Positions 13,922 through 27,600 of a DNA stretch of 64,000 nucleotides are shown in pieces (position 1 is the stretch's first letter; every line of letters begins with the position of its first letter). The notes beneath the pieces were generated by a model. It was not told where the DNA came from. It made no database searches and worked only from the letters and a program-made list of their open reading frames with translations. Source of the DNA: Chrysomallon squamiferum (lineage: Eukaryota > Animalia > Mollusca); the NCBI GenBank assembly GCA_012295275.1, contig CM022672.1, positions 22,506,001 to 22,570,000 of the forward strand, read 5' to 3'. A program made the translations under genes and the position numbers.

Positions 13922-15066
13922 AACAAAAAGAAGAAGTAACATTATGTTTTAACATATTCATATATTTTCCTAAAATAAAAAGTGTTAAAACATAAAATAT
14001 AAATTATAGTTGAGCATCCATTAACTATAATTATTACTACTTCACTTACACTCACACACATACCATACAAAATATATTCCATTTTTCTTTTCTTCATTTT
14101 TACTAAATATTTACTTTAAAAACATTATATTTATTCATTTATTCATTTATTCATTTATTCATTCATTCATTCATTCATTCCAGTATTTTATTTCCATTAT
14201 TTTAATTCAGTTTTATTTTCAAAATGTACTAGATCACAGTATCAGGTGAATTAGGAAAGGTACAGATAAAACTTACAGGTATGAGGAAGATGTGTCCAGC
14301 AGGTCCTGGTGCTCCAGACATACCATCAAGTCCATCTCTTCCTGGTTCTCCCTGGCATAGTATTAAATAGTAATATTAAAGTCAGTATTTAAAATAAAAT
14401 AATTATTTTGGATTTTGTAAAATTCAAACCAGTAATTAAAACAGTCTTTACTGAATTTATTGAATTTTTTTTTTTTATAAATAGAATTATTCCTGGTTTG
14501 TCTCACAATAATATTAAAATTTTGCATTAATATCAGAATTGAAGTTAGCTCTTCCTGGTTCTACATTATGGGTGAGACTCTCCCTAACAAAGTAAAACAT
14601 TAAAACATTCTGTTAATCTAAGCACTTCGTGTTATTTAACTAAATTTAAATAATGTTAGACCTTTGAATATTGAATATTCAAATTCACTCATACTTGTAT
14701 TTCATAGCAGTATTACTCAGGCAACAATATAGGTGAAATTAACTGATACATTTGCCATATAAATTCAGATTTCTTAGTCCCAGATTCAAAATTCTAAATG
14801 CAAAAAGGAATTGCTGATTTTTTTAATTGATTTTTTTACTTACAGGTTCTCCTTGAACACCTGGTGGTCCTGGGGGACCTCTCTGTCCTGGTGGACCAGG
14901 AGGACCCTAAAAATAACAAATATACAAATCAGATATATATAGAATAAAGATATTTACAAAAATAATAACATAAATCTCAGAGTAAATTAAAATAATTCTA
15001 AAATTTTCTGAAGTTTATTATAAAAACAAAATTTTTACAATTAAAATCAAAATAATATATATATAA

Positions 15067-15098
<32 letters not shown>

Positions 15099-15759
15099 TT
15101 AACAAAGTTTATGTCATAAAACAGCAAAAATAATTATTCTTCACATTAATGCTTGATAAAATTTATTAATGAATTAAACAAACAAAAGACAAGCTTAACA
15201 GAATGATTTACTGAAATGTTATCTCCTAGACAATAAATAACTTACAAATTTGTAAGCCACATCTTCAGTGAAATCTGCTCTGCCAAAACCATCATATGAA
15301 CTAGACTGAAAAAAGAAAAAAAGAATTCTCAATATAGATGGATGTAAGAGATTTTGTTTTGTTTAATTGTAAGACAGAAAGAAACAGATAATTTTAAGAT
15401 GCTCTCAATATTTTACAATCTGTGGTTTATATTATTTATAATTCAGAGGATGGTGAGATGAAGATTGCTGAGATCATGCAGAGTGTTACTCCTTTTTGTT
15501 GAGCAGCAGACAGTTGTTTAACCATAACCTACAATATACTAGTTATGTGGCTCTCACTGGAACAGAAAATATTATCAACAATTGGATAAATAATAATAAT
15601 AAAAACAACAACAACAACAACAGCAACAACAATATTAATAATAATAATATTAATTAAAAAAACAGTAATACCAACAACACCACAATTAAGAACAATAATA
15701 TAAGTAATAGTATTAATAATAACAATAAAGCAACAATTAATAATAAAAACAACAACAAA

Positions 15760-15797
<38 letters not shown>

Positions 15798-17866
15798 TAA
15801 TAAAAACAACAACAACAATAATAAAATAATATAACAATATAATAATAACAACAACAAAGGCAGTTAAAGACATTCACTATCACAATGAACTTTGGTTGGT
15901 TTAAAATCTTTAAAATATATATAAGAGATAGTACCATAATGTATTATAAATGATAAAGCTTCAGTGCAACACAGGACTTACATGATCAGTGCTAAATGAT
16001 GATGCTGATGATGATGATGATGAACTAGAACTTTTCTTTCCACCTTTAGATTTTTTAGTGACTCTGCCGTACCAGTCCCCACCAATGAATGGCTCAGTAC
16101 ATGGTGGACTGTAATATTCACAGTGCTCATAGGCTGCATTTGGGTCAGGAATTATTAAGAAATCTTGAATGTCACCCTGAAATCAACACAAAAAATATGT
16201 TCTTATTGCAAAATATATATACATGTATAATATAATATAATGTAACAGAGTAAAAATATGCTCACACACAAAATATTTTATACATACATACATACATATA
16301 TATGCACACTAACATATTTTAATTAGTAAATGCAAAAACAATATATCAGTATTCGATAATTGTTCCCATTCTAAAGATAACTACAGCATTATACTCTCCT
16401 AAAGTGTAGAATAATACAGCAATCTTAAAGTTGTTGTAATAATAATAATAAAAATAATAATAATAATTATGCATGTGTTGTGTGTGTGTGTATGTGTGTG
16501 TGTGTGTTTTATTTCTTACTTTAAATACTGCTATTAATTTTACCTCAGTTTGTGACCAAATTCTGGTTTTAGTTTTTACCTTACTTTGGATTAAGTTCAA
16601 GCTGAGTCAAATTGGATTTAATATGTTATGTGTGAAGAAATATTTTAAGAATAGAATTTACTTAAAGGTTATTTGTTCACTGACTGTTGTTTAGGTGATA
16701 AATTCTGCTGTTACAATGTATAAGTTAACTGAATGTTAAATATAAGTCTAAAACCTGATCTATTTGGAATAACAACTTGGTAGATGTTAGTATAAACATA
16801 TATTACAGAAGATGTACAAAATGCATAATCTTAATTTAAAACTGAAAAAAACTGTAACATTAAGTTGACAGATTTCAAAACTTTTGTGTGTGTATGTTTT
16901 AATAATTAAAAAAGAAATATAAAACACAAATATTTGTAATAGTAACTTGAGATCTTTCTTTCTTTTTTTTCTTTTTTATATTAATAACAAATGAAATAGA
17001 AAATTTGTAATCTTGATGTAGAACTCACAGTAAAGTATGATTCATCAAAGGGTTGATTTCCAAGAAAGATCATGCCATTGTTACTAAATTTCGGAGGTAT
17101 TGCTCTGGCTAGTTTGTACGTCCCTTCCTGTCTGCAATCATTTATCAGTGTTAATGAATCTCCCTTTACACTAATAGCTACTCGATGCCAGCTGGAATAT
17201 AAAATTAATACACACTCTGTCAGTGGATACCAAAAACAAACTTTGTATCACTATCTCCTTAACTTAATGTCTTCATATTTAGAATACCTGTATTCCTTTC
17301 TAGCCACTGTATATAACTGTAATAAAATTTTGATGAAAGGAGAAACAGTAAATTGAGTTTCTTAAAACTTTAAAATATTTTGACTTAAATGTGTTTTGTT
17401 ATCAGATGCTTCTAAAATAAATACCCAAACTTGCTTGAATTTGAAAAAAAAAAAAATGATCTTTTTACTTACTATCCATCATTAAGTTGTACTTTTAAAA
17501 CTGGAGATTTTTTCGGTCCTGGTTTGTTTTTTAAATCATTGTACAAAAATACTGTCTTTTCAGATACTTTCAGAGCCATCAGCTCTGTCCCTGTTGATTC
17601 TTTGATGATAGTAAATACATTGCCCTCAGTGCCCTCGTCAGGGCGAAATGTCAGTATTATTGAAAAATCATCAGGAAATCCACCTGAAGCAAAAATAAAC
17701 AAATAAATGATAAATAAATGTATGCATGGGCGACAGACGGATGGAAAAGTCAGGTGTGTACGGAGGTGGGTAGGCATGCAGATAAACAAACAGAGAGGCA
17801 GACAGAAAGACAGAGATGACAGACATATACACAGTCAGGCAGATAGGCAAATAGATTAATTAACTA

Positions 17867-17903
<37 letters not shown>

Positions 17904-20900
17904 AATACTAAGAAGAAGATAAAATACTTTCAGAACAGTAACAGTTAAAAAGAAAAATTATACTTCTGAATACATATTTATATTTAAAAATATAAAAATA
18001 TAAAATATAAGATTAATAATAATAATTATTATTATAATTATAATTATACAACAACAATAATAACAAGATAGGTCAAGGTGTTGTAAGAAATTTCAAAAAA
18101 ATAAACAGGAAAACAAAACAGTAACAAGAAGTTAAAATGATTTGAGAACCATGGCAGTGTAATCAAAAAACATTCAAGTATCTTTCTCAAATCATAGTAA
18201 ATGTAAGAAAACTAAACAAAATAATAATAATGATAATGATGGTAACAATAGCATCCAATTAAATAAACTAGGCACATACAGACACTCTAAGACTTTTGTG
18301 TCTATAAAGCTGATGGTACTGTGAAATGCAATGTAAATTACATTAGTTAATCAAATTATATTATTTTCTTCTTTTGGAAAGGCACAGAACATTCTTAAAC
18401 TTGAATTCTTCATTGAATTTTGAAACTGCTACCAAAAAGCTCAGAACATTTTTTAATCTAGCTGATAATCATATGAAAATGTAACAATAATATTATCATT
18501 ATTAATAATGATAATGATAATGATAATATAATCATCATCATCAATAAAAACAACAATAATAACAATAAAAATATATATTAATTTTTCATATAAATAAAAA
18601 TATCTTACTGAGTTAGACACTTATAATCAGTTATTTGATCAAATGATATAACATATAAATATGTATGAACAGTTCTGTGATATTACAGTCATATTTTGTT
18701 ATCATCAAAGATTTGTTTCAGTGAGAAGCACTCATTTCGAAGTAAATAAAAATCAACAAAAACTAAGACATTACATATTATAAAATACAAAAAAAAAAAA
18801 AAAAAAAAAGGAGTCTGAAATATTTTCATTTCTAAAGTTAAAATAATAACTTGCTTTCGTTTTTAAAATACTAAAATTTGAGCATACATGCAGTTTTATA
18901 ATGATCTTTTAAAATTTGAGCATTAAATGCTATAATTTTTTGACAATACATGGAAATATATCTTCTAATTTGATATTAAGTAAATATAATTATTTTTGAC
19001 ATACCTGGAAGTATATCTTCTAATCTGATATTCAGTAAATATAATTATTGTTGACATACTTGTAAATATATCTTCTACTCTGGTATTCAACAAATATAAT
19101 TATTTCTGATGTACCTGAAAATATATCTTCTATTCCACATAAATATAATTATTTTTCACTTACCTGGAGAAAAATAATAACTTCATTTCTGGCATTCAGT
19201 AAATATAATTATGTTTGACATACCTGGAAATATATCTTCTAATTTGGTATTCAAATCAGCATCGGCAGTAATCTGCCAAGCCAAGTCATCGAGATATTTA
19301 GTTTTATTTCCTGAACGGATTGGCCTCCTGTCACAGATACCAGTGACATTGAACACTCCAATGTCATCATAGTCTTCAACAAGTGTCTGATCAATTATTT
19401 TCACTGCTTGTAACAGGTCCACCGATCCTGAATGAATAAATAAACAAACAAAAATAAAATATGTATTATTCAGAGGTCCTAAAGAAGTGTGTGTGTGTGT
19501 GTGTGTGTGTGTGGATGTCTGTGTGGGTACAAGTGTGTGTGTAGAGGTGTGTTTGTGTCTGTGTGTGCATGTGTATGTGAAAGTGTTTGTGTATAAATGT
19601 GTTTATATATTTCTGTATGACTCTTTGTGTAGGTGTTTTGTTACATATAAAAGAAATAACATCTAAGTAATTAAAAAAAACTGTTACTACATCAACAATA
19701 ACAATATAAATAATAAAATCAACAACCACTACTAGCATATAGTAATAATGTGGTCAAAAATTAATAACAACAATAATTACAATAATACATAAATGATTAA
19801 CAGTGATAATTCAAAAGGCAAATTTTATGACAGGATTCCTTCAGAATTTTCCAAAGAACTTATAGCATATAAGGCTAACAGAATAAGTATTTATACACTG
19901 AAGATTTTAATTTCAACGAAAATCATTGAAAACTGGTCCTCAGATGTTCAGATTATATTGGCTTCACTGTATATCACATTAATCTACTTGTCCTCAGAGA
20001 TCATATAATTCATGTTGTCTAATCTTTTGGTATCCATGAGTTTGACCAACAGTAGTTAAAAATTATATAGTTTTTCATCTTTCATCAGATTTTGGCATCC
20101 ACGGTTTAGACCATCGCAGTTACAAAATGTATTTTAAAACATTTCTGTACATTGTTATATTGACACACAGAATGCTTGAATGCTGTAGTTTGTAAGATTT
20201 ACATGGTGTTTTTTTTTAGCTTTTTCTGTAGGTGAGATTTCAAAATATGTGCACATATACGTAAAAATTATGTCATTTCCTATAAAGTTTCCTCAGCATC
20301 AGCCCTGTGATGACTGGGAGTTTCAAGAACCAAAAAAAGAAAAAAACCCTACATATAGAGCTGGCCAAATGTATAAACAGGGTGTTGGAAAATATTTTGT
20401 AAATAATAAAAATTGTAAAAGTAAGCTCATTATTTTTTATTTTGCTGCAGAGATTTTCCGATATCTTCGTTGCTTCCTTTGCAAGAGAAGCTTGTAATCT
20501 TTTTAATATTATTTCCTTAAGAGACATGTGTTTGTGATAAAATTCACTTCAAAAATCGTTATGTTTTAACAAAACACACATGAAAAAACTTATAATTTTT
20601 CAAACAGCTTTCTGCAGTGTATGGAAAATTAATCTGCAAAGAAATTCACTTCACGTTTGTTTGACTTTATTCACAAAAATGTCATTTGAAATAAATCTGA
20701 ACATATTTTAATACGTTTTTAATGTTTTATAACTTTTTTTTTGGTGTCTCTTTCAGAGACAAATGCTACTTTGAATTCTCTTTTTTCATTTCTGAAGTGG
20801 ATGAAATTTAAAATTTTGAAACAAGATATTTTTGGGGGACAACAAATGGAAAATTTTAAGAATAAAAAGTTTCAGACATTTATTAAGCCATATCCATATA

Positions 20901-21180
20901 TAGTGTTTAAAAGTGTGTCTGGTTAGGTTAGTGGTTTACCATATGTTTCCACACTTTACATTTAACATTTCTTGACTATAAAATAAATAAAAGAGGTTTA
21001 ACAGAGAAAGTGAAATCAAGAAAGAAAGAAAGGATAATAATAACAACAAAAATAACAGTAATAATAATAACAATAACAACAATAATAGTATAAAAATAAT
21101 AATGAAAACAATAATAATTGTAATAATAATAATAACTAATAATAAAATTATATAAAAAAAACAATAACAACAACAACAAC

Positions 21181-21213
<33 letters not shown>

Positions 21214-21888
21214 GCAGTAAGAAGGTCAAGAAATCCATCACAGATACAACTTCTTAATATGCCAATTTCACATTCTAACCATAGCCTAATGATGTGTTTA
21301 TAAAGTCTGTGGGAAATGGTATATAAATGACACCATGAAATGGATTAAATCCATCATAATTATACTGAAGCCATGTGTTCACTGCCAAATACATGTTAAA
21401 AACAAAGCTGGCTGCACTAGTTAAACAAATTTGTATAAGTTCACTGAGGCACAGATGGGAACCGCAACCCTTACCCCCAACCCAGTAATTCCAAATCAAA
21501 GTGTGTTTCTGCTTTCCATTACAAATTTGATATCTAATAAAACTAGCCAGTCATGTAACAAAACCACAATTGCCACACCTACTTGAAACAGCTGCAGTTT
21601 CAAAATATTTGTAGAAGACTATGGCAAAAGTGTGACCTCGTAAAACGTCAAACGTAAAAAAAAAAAAAAAAAAATTTAAAAATAAAATAAACAAATACAA
21701 GATATGCTAATTTACAGAATCTTCTGGAAGAATTTTTTTTTTTTTTTTTTTAAGTAATAATAAATAAAAAATACTGACGTTCAACTATACAAAACTTTGT
21801 GGACTGAAAATATAATTAACATTTCAAAATCAATGTTTTTAAAAGAAGATTTTTAGTAAAACGTTTACAACATATTTAAAGAATATCC

Positions 21889-21958
<70 letters not shown>

Positions 21959-22562
21959 ATTTATATTTATATTCAAGTGTATTTATTGCATGGATATAAT
22001 GTTAAAGCTTGAATTAAATTTAAAGCCATCTTACAAAAATGAAAATATTTGTAGCCAATAAATCCTGGCTTGAGTACGGTGGCAAAGCATTTCTCCTATT
22101 CCTATAAAACTGCATTTAAAGAATTTTAGAAGACAAAGGAAAAAATATATATCAGCAATGAATTTCGTATAATTAGCAAAACTGCTGAGTAAACAAGACG
22201 TCTGACAACACGTCATCAGATGACCTTAACCTTATCTCAATGACCTGTGAAACAATCCCAGACAGCAGAATAATTTAATTTGACCTACAGCCAAAAGGTC
22301 AGGACACCAGGAAGGCAGCTTCTGTTTGAAAATCTTTTATCCTTGGTGCGTCTGAACATTTCGTTAGACTTCATTAATTAATGAGAAAATTTGATACTGG
22401 GACGAAAAGAAGAAGAAGAAAATAACATTTGATATATCATTTAAAAATTTTGAAGCATTCGGTATAAATTAAAAGTAATAAAAATGTATTCGAGTGTTCA
22501 AGATATCATAAAAATAGATAAATAAATTGTTAAACAGTATTAGAAACGTCTTTATACATGAT

Positions 22563-22628
<66 letters not shown>

Positions 22629-25600
22629 ATAATAAATGATATAAGAAATAAAATGTTCCATTCAAAACCAAATTTAAAAAAAAAAAAAAAAAAATCTAAT
22701 AATAAACTGATAAGACAAGGTCATAGATAGGTAAAATAAATGACTTTTTTCAGTAAATAATGTACTACATGGCTGTTATAAAGTACTGGATCCTTATTTT
22801 CTGTCAGTTTTATTACTTAAAATCGTTTTAACAAAGATATTGTAATAATGTGCATTTCAGTTCTTGATCATTCTTACTGAATGAATTCAAATATTCAAAT
22901 AAATAACATTCCTGGTAAGTAAATAACAAAACCAATATGGCCACATAATGTGAATTTTGTATGCCTTGACATGGAAACAAGCACCTGAACATTATGTTTC
23001 CTGTCTCTTTAATAGTTTAAATCAGTCCACTTAAGACTTGTTGAACTGTCTGAACTTTTGAAAAAGCCATCAAGTAAAAAGTTAATAGATAGATAGATAG
23101 ATTTATTATTACGACATGGGTGATTCTAATGTCTTAAGCATTTACCATTAATGATAGGAACAAATAACCTTAGTACATTTTATTCAAGTAGTGATTTGTT
23201 TTATTTTTTAACAGTAAAACAACAAGCTCTTGAGAATGGATTTACTGTGTCATCATTTCATGAATAGAAATATAAGAATGTGATAACAGAAGGGAAAAGG
23301 TTGATCTCTAGTTTGTTACATACCGGTGTACTTTATTACTACCAAAGTCTGATGTCAAATATTGAGGTTCTTTATTATTAGCAAAGATATAATCGGCACA
23401 TCTTGGCAAACTTTATTATTAGCAAAGATTTATGTCAAGTATTGATTTTCTTTATTATTAGCAAAGATATATGTCAAATCTTGGCATTCTTTGTTATTAG
23501 GAAAGATTGATGTGATCTTTTAACATTCTTTATTATTAGCAAAGATATATATATCACTTTTGGCATACTTTATCATTAGGAAAGATTGACATCAAGAGAT
23601 GTAAATGAAGCAATAACATAGAACTGTTTTGTTTTATTTGTGAAATCAAAGGTATACTTTAATTTAAAACATGTCTGCTGTAGATACTCTTCTATGCTTG
23701 TCTTAACAATTTGAAAAAAAAAAAAATGAATGACTAAAAAAACTAAAAGTTTTTAAGACATTATTTCTCATGTGGTTGAAAAGTATGCCTAATTAAAGCA
23801 CTCACTGATGTGTAACTTAAACTTTATATTTGCAGTAAAATAAACATTAGTGACTTCTTGCACATATTTCAAAGAAAAGCAGATGCAGAGGAAAAGAATT
23901 AATCACCTAATTGCTATCTATTACAAACACATGCACGTGAATGTTAGATATACCGAAAAATGACTAAGAAATGTCATGTACACTTAATTCAGATGTGTGA
24001 ACACACTGTAAAAGGTGATATTAAAATAAATAGCAAATAATCATCCATTGTAAATTTCATGAACACTTTTGTTTTTCTTTTTTTCTTTATTTAACTTTCT
24101 ATACATATAAATAAAAAAAATTAAAAAAATATTATGTTTTGTTTTTGATTTTTTTTTTTTTTTTAAATACATTTACTAACCTGGTTAAAAATATTTCTCC
24201 TTTTACATTAATAATATTTATAACAACAGATTATAATATAATCTACACTTTGATTATCCACATAAAGAAGAAGATATTTTTAAAATGATTTAATAATTTA
24301 TCTAAAAGAATGGAAATTTAGCTCATTCAGTACATACTACATTTAATGTGCCATCTTTCTTTGCTATCAGAAAAACACAGGACAAGACAGTGACATACAA
24401 CACTGCCTTTGACAAATCAGCAAATGGGTACACTACAGAAAAAGACAAAATTCAAAGGCAAAGCAAGGTGGATGTTTGTTTGATACAGGCTGAGAGTCAA
24501 TTATCCAAAATGCTTAGGACCACAAATGTTTCAGATTTTGGAATTTGAGGAAATAGCCTTAGAAAAGGATCTAAGCATAAATATGAATTTCATATATATT
24601 TAATAAACAGATTATACTGATAGTATTACAGGATTTTTATATAACATTTTTAATAGCTTAAAATAAAATACAAAACAGTCTGAAAAGTTTAACATATCAC
24701 TATTTCTGTGGCATGGAAACATTTTTTGATTTAGAGCTTTTCAGATTTTAGAATTTCAGATAAGGAATCCTTCTCATGTACTGCAACCAAAGAGGCAATA
24801 AATTAAAGGAAGACTGAGTTCAATGATAAGTTGGTCCTTTCAATAATGGTTATAATTTTGGGATCGTCATGGCTCAGGCCAGCAATCTAATGTCTAAACA
24901 ACAGTTCATTGACTTAGCTTCTTATCAACAGGAGTTTTAGAATACCGTTCCAGTTTAAAACATGAAATATGCAAATGACTGTATTTTCAAGTCTGCACAA
25001 AAAAACCCAATGGGCACTTTTTTTGTACTTTCTCACCAACTCAGCTCATAGATATTATATATTACACTCGTCAGCATGTGATTTTAATTTCTAATGTCAT
25101 ACAAGCAAATATTCAGAGCTATCCCAGAACATGGCTTTACAGAAGACATTTGACAAAAAACTACAAAAACTACTTTTTTTTTCAAAATTTGAAACAATTT
25201 AGTGTCTACATTTTAAAATATATTGCTTTAAAGCATGTCGTATATATGTCTGGTTTGGATTCTGTAAGAAAATATTTTATGCCTTTTGACATTTATTTCG
25301 TGGAACAGAATAACAGTTTCAAAAAATCTTCAAAAGGATTTCTGATCCTCACACAGCAGTTACAATGTTTCAGATTATAAAAAAACTTTGTTAGCCTTGA
25401 AGTATTCTACTTTAAAACAGATCGGTTTGTTTATAAACATCAAAATTATATAAGTACATTTCATTAAGAGTGTCGGAAAAATGTATCTAAATTTAGAAAT
25501 CTGGCATTTCAGTTACAGTTTTACATTAATTTAATTATTATTATAATTCCTTTTTTTTTTTTTAGATTTTTACTTTCTTTCAATCTGTCATTAAAAAGAT

Positions 25601-25975
25601 TCTTTATTCAAACTGTGTAATACAATAACTTAGTGATTTCTCAGCAACTATTTGTAAACACAAACAACAGAAATATGAAGATAATCCCATGAAATGATCA
25701 GAACCAGATATGGGAGTCGGTAAGAGGGTCTTCATCCTACTTGCTCACAAAAACCAAAATCCTTTTTCAGTCATTTAATGGGTGGTATAGTAAGTGATAA
25801 AAAAAAGGCTTTCCCTTATTATTTTCATTATAGATGTGTACCCAGATATAAATTATCCAAAAAAAAAGAATTTACTTTTAAATATCAAGACAATCATTTC
25901 TAGAGAACTAACTACTTGCGTAAACAAAACATATACAAAAAAAAAAAAAAAAAAAAATAAAAAATAAAAAATCTA

Positions 25976-26014
<39 letters not shown>

Positions 26015-27112
26015 TAAATTAATGTAATAATATAACTTAATGCTGGATTTCTAACTTCAGATACATTTTTTACAATGAAATCTATTTATTTAATTTTGAT
26101 GTTTATACCCAGACTAGTCTGTTTCAAAGCACAATACATCAAGACAAATGAATTTGAAACATCAGCTCTGACTGCAAACTGTTATGAGAACAATTAGCAT
26201 GAATCCATAAAACCATGGAATAAAAATGTTCTAAGTGCTCTAAAAGGAATTGATTCTTTCGTTGTCCTTCTACTGAGTATAACATAACATATTTTACGAA
26301 TAGCTTTTAGCAAATAGAAGATTCTAGATGCTAGAAAGGATGTTTACTTTTGTTTTATTTTCTCTGATATTATTAACCTTACAGCATCTGAGATCCAAGA
26401 TCATTTGGTTATTGCATGGAGTCATCAGTTTTATTTTCATACAAACAAGTCTGTAATCTTGGCCAAATATCAGATAATCTGATTACAGGTTTGCACAAGC
26501 AACTGAGAAAAGCATTCTAAAGAATGTTAGGAGTGTATGAATGTATGTGTTTTCTTTGGAACAGCTAATACTAGTAAATGTATTCCCATTATGATTCTCA
26601 TTAAATTAGGATTTCAAATAACATTATATGGGAACATATGGACAACTTTAATTCATTTATTTGTTTATTTGTAGTTGCATATTTTTATATATTTATTTTT
26701 TTATTTATTTTTTATGTCTAGATATTAATAAATATATTTTGCATTTGTTTCTATATATGTAAATATGTATGTATGCATATTTGTATATATGTGTGCATGT
26801 ATGTATATTTTTATGTTTGTATGTGTGTCCACACGCACACACAGACATGTTTTAAAAAAGGGTGTTGATTAATGAGCTTCATGTATTAATATTAATTTCT
26901 TCTTGTTACCAAACATTCCACAACCTATAGCATTCAGAGAATAGAATATTAATTTAACCTGGTAACAGCCATATTTTTCAGCTTATTTCCTTCATAAAAC
27001 CACCCAGTTCTTAGCATAAGTAAATAAATCTGAACCTCTTCAAAAGAAAACCAGGTGGTAGCAATAGAAATCAGAAAAACAATGCTTTCCAATACTTCAT
27101 TATTTACACACT

Positions 27113-27189
<77 letters not shown>

Positions 27190-27561
27190 GAAAAAGAGAA
27201 AGAGAAAGACAGAGAGAGAGATGCAAAAGACGGAGAGATAAACACAGACAGACAAAGTGAGAGAGAGAGAGAAACCCCCAGTAATGATAAAACTGAACAT
27301 ATGATCAGGAAATTCCACTTTAGTCATCTGAGAAAACAATACACTAAGATATGTTGTGTATGGTGAACTTTGCAAATACAGAAATAAGTGTTTTGTATAT
27401 ACAGAACTTAAAACCAAAAGTGTTAAATATTGATTATATGGTGGAATTTACAAATACAGAAATATATGTTAGTGTAATTATAGCAAATACATATTCTGTT
27501 TGCAATAAATAATGAATTATTATTATATAATAATATGTCAGTAATAATAATAATAAGAAGA

Positions 27562-27600
<39 letters not shown>

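Noticed and set aside
15490-15528. Possible extra variable-region exon [13 protein letters not shown]
   Set aside because: Poor pyrimidine tract, weak GGA|GTAACA donor and no homology
20249-20650. Overlapping ORFs and a possible TE remnant
   Set aside because: No recognisable motif or terminal repeats
23330-23595. Regular 39-bp (and 29-bp at 3660) repeats superficially like a CRISPR array
   Set aside because: Eukaryotic intron; the units are head-to-tail degenerate copies without unique spacers, and there are no cas genes
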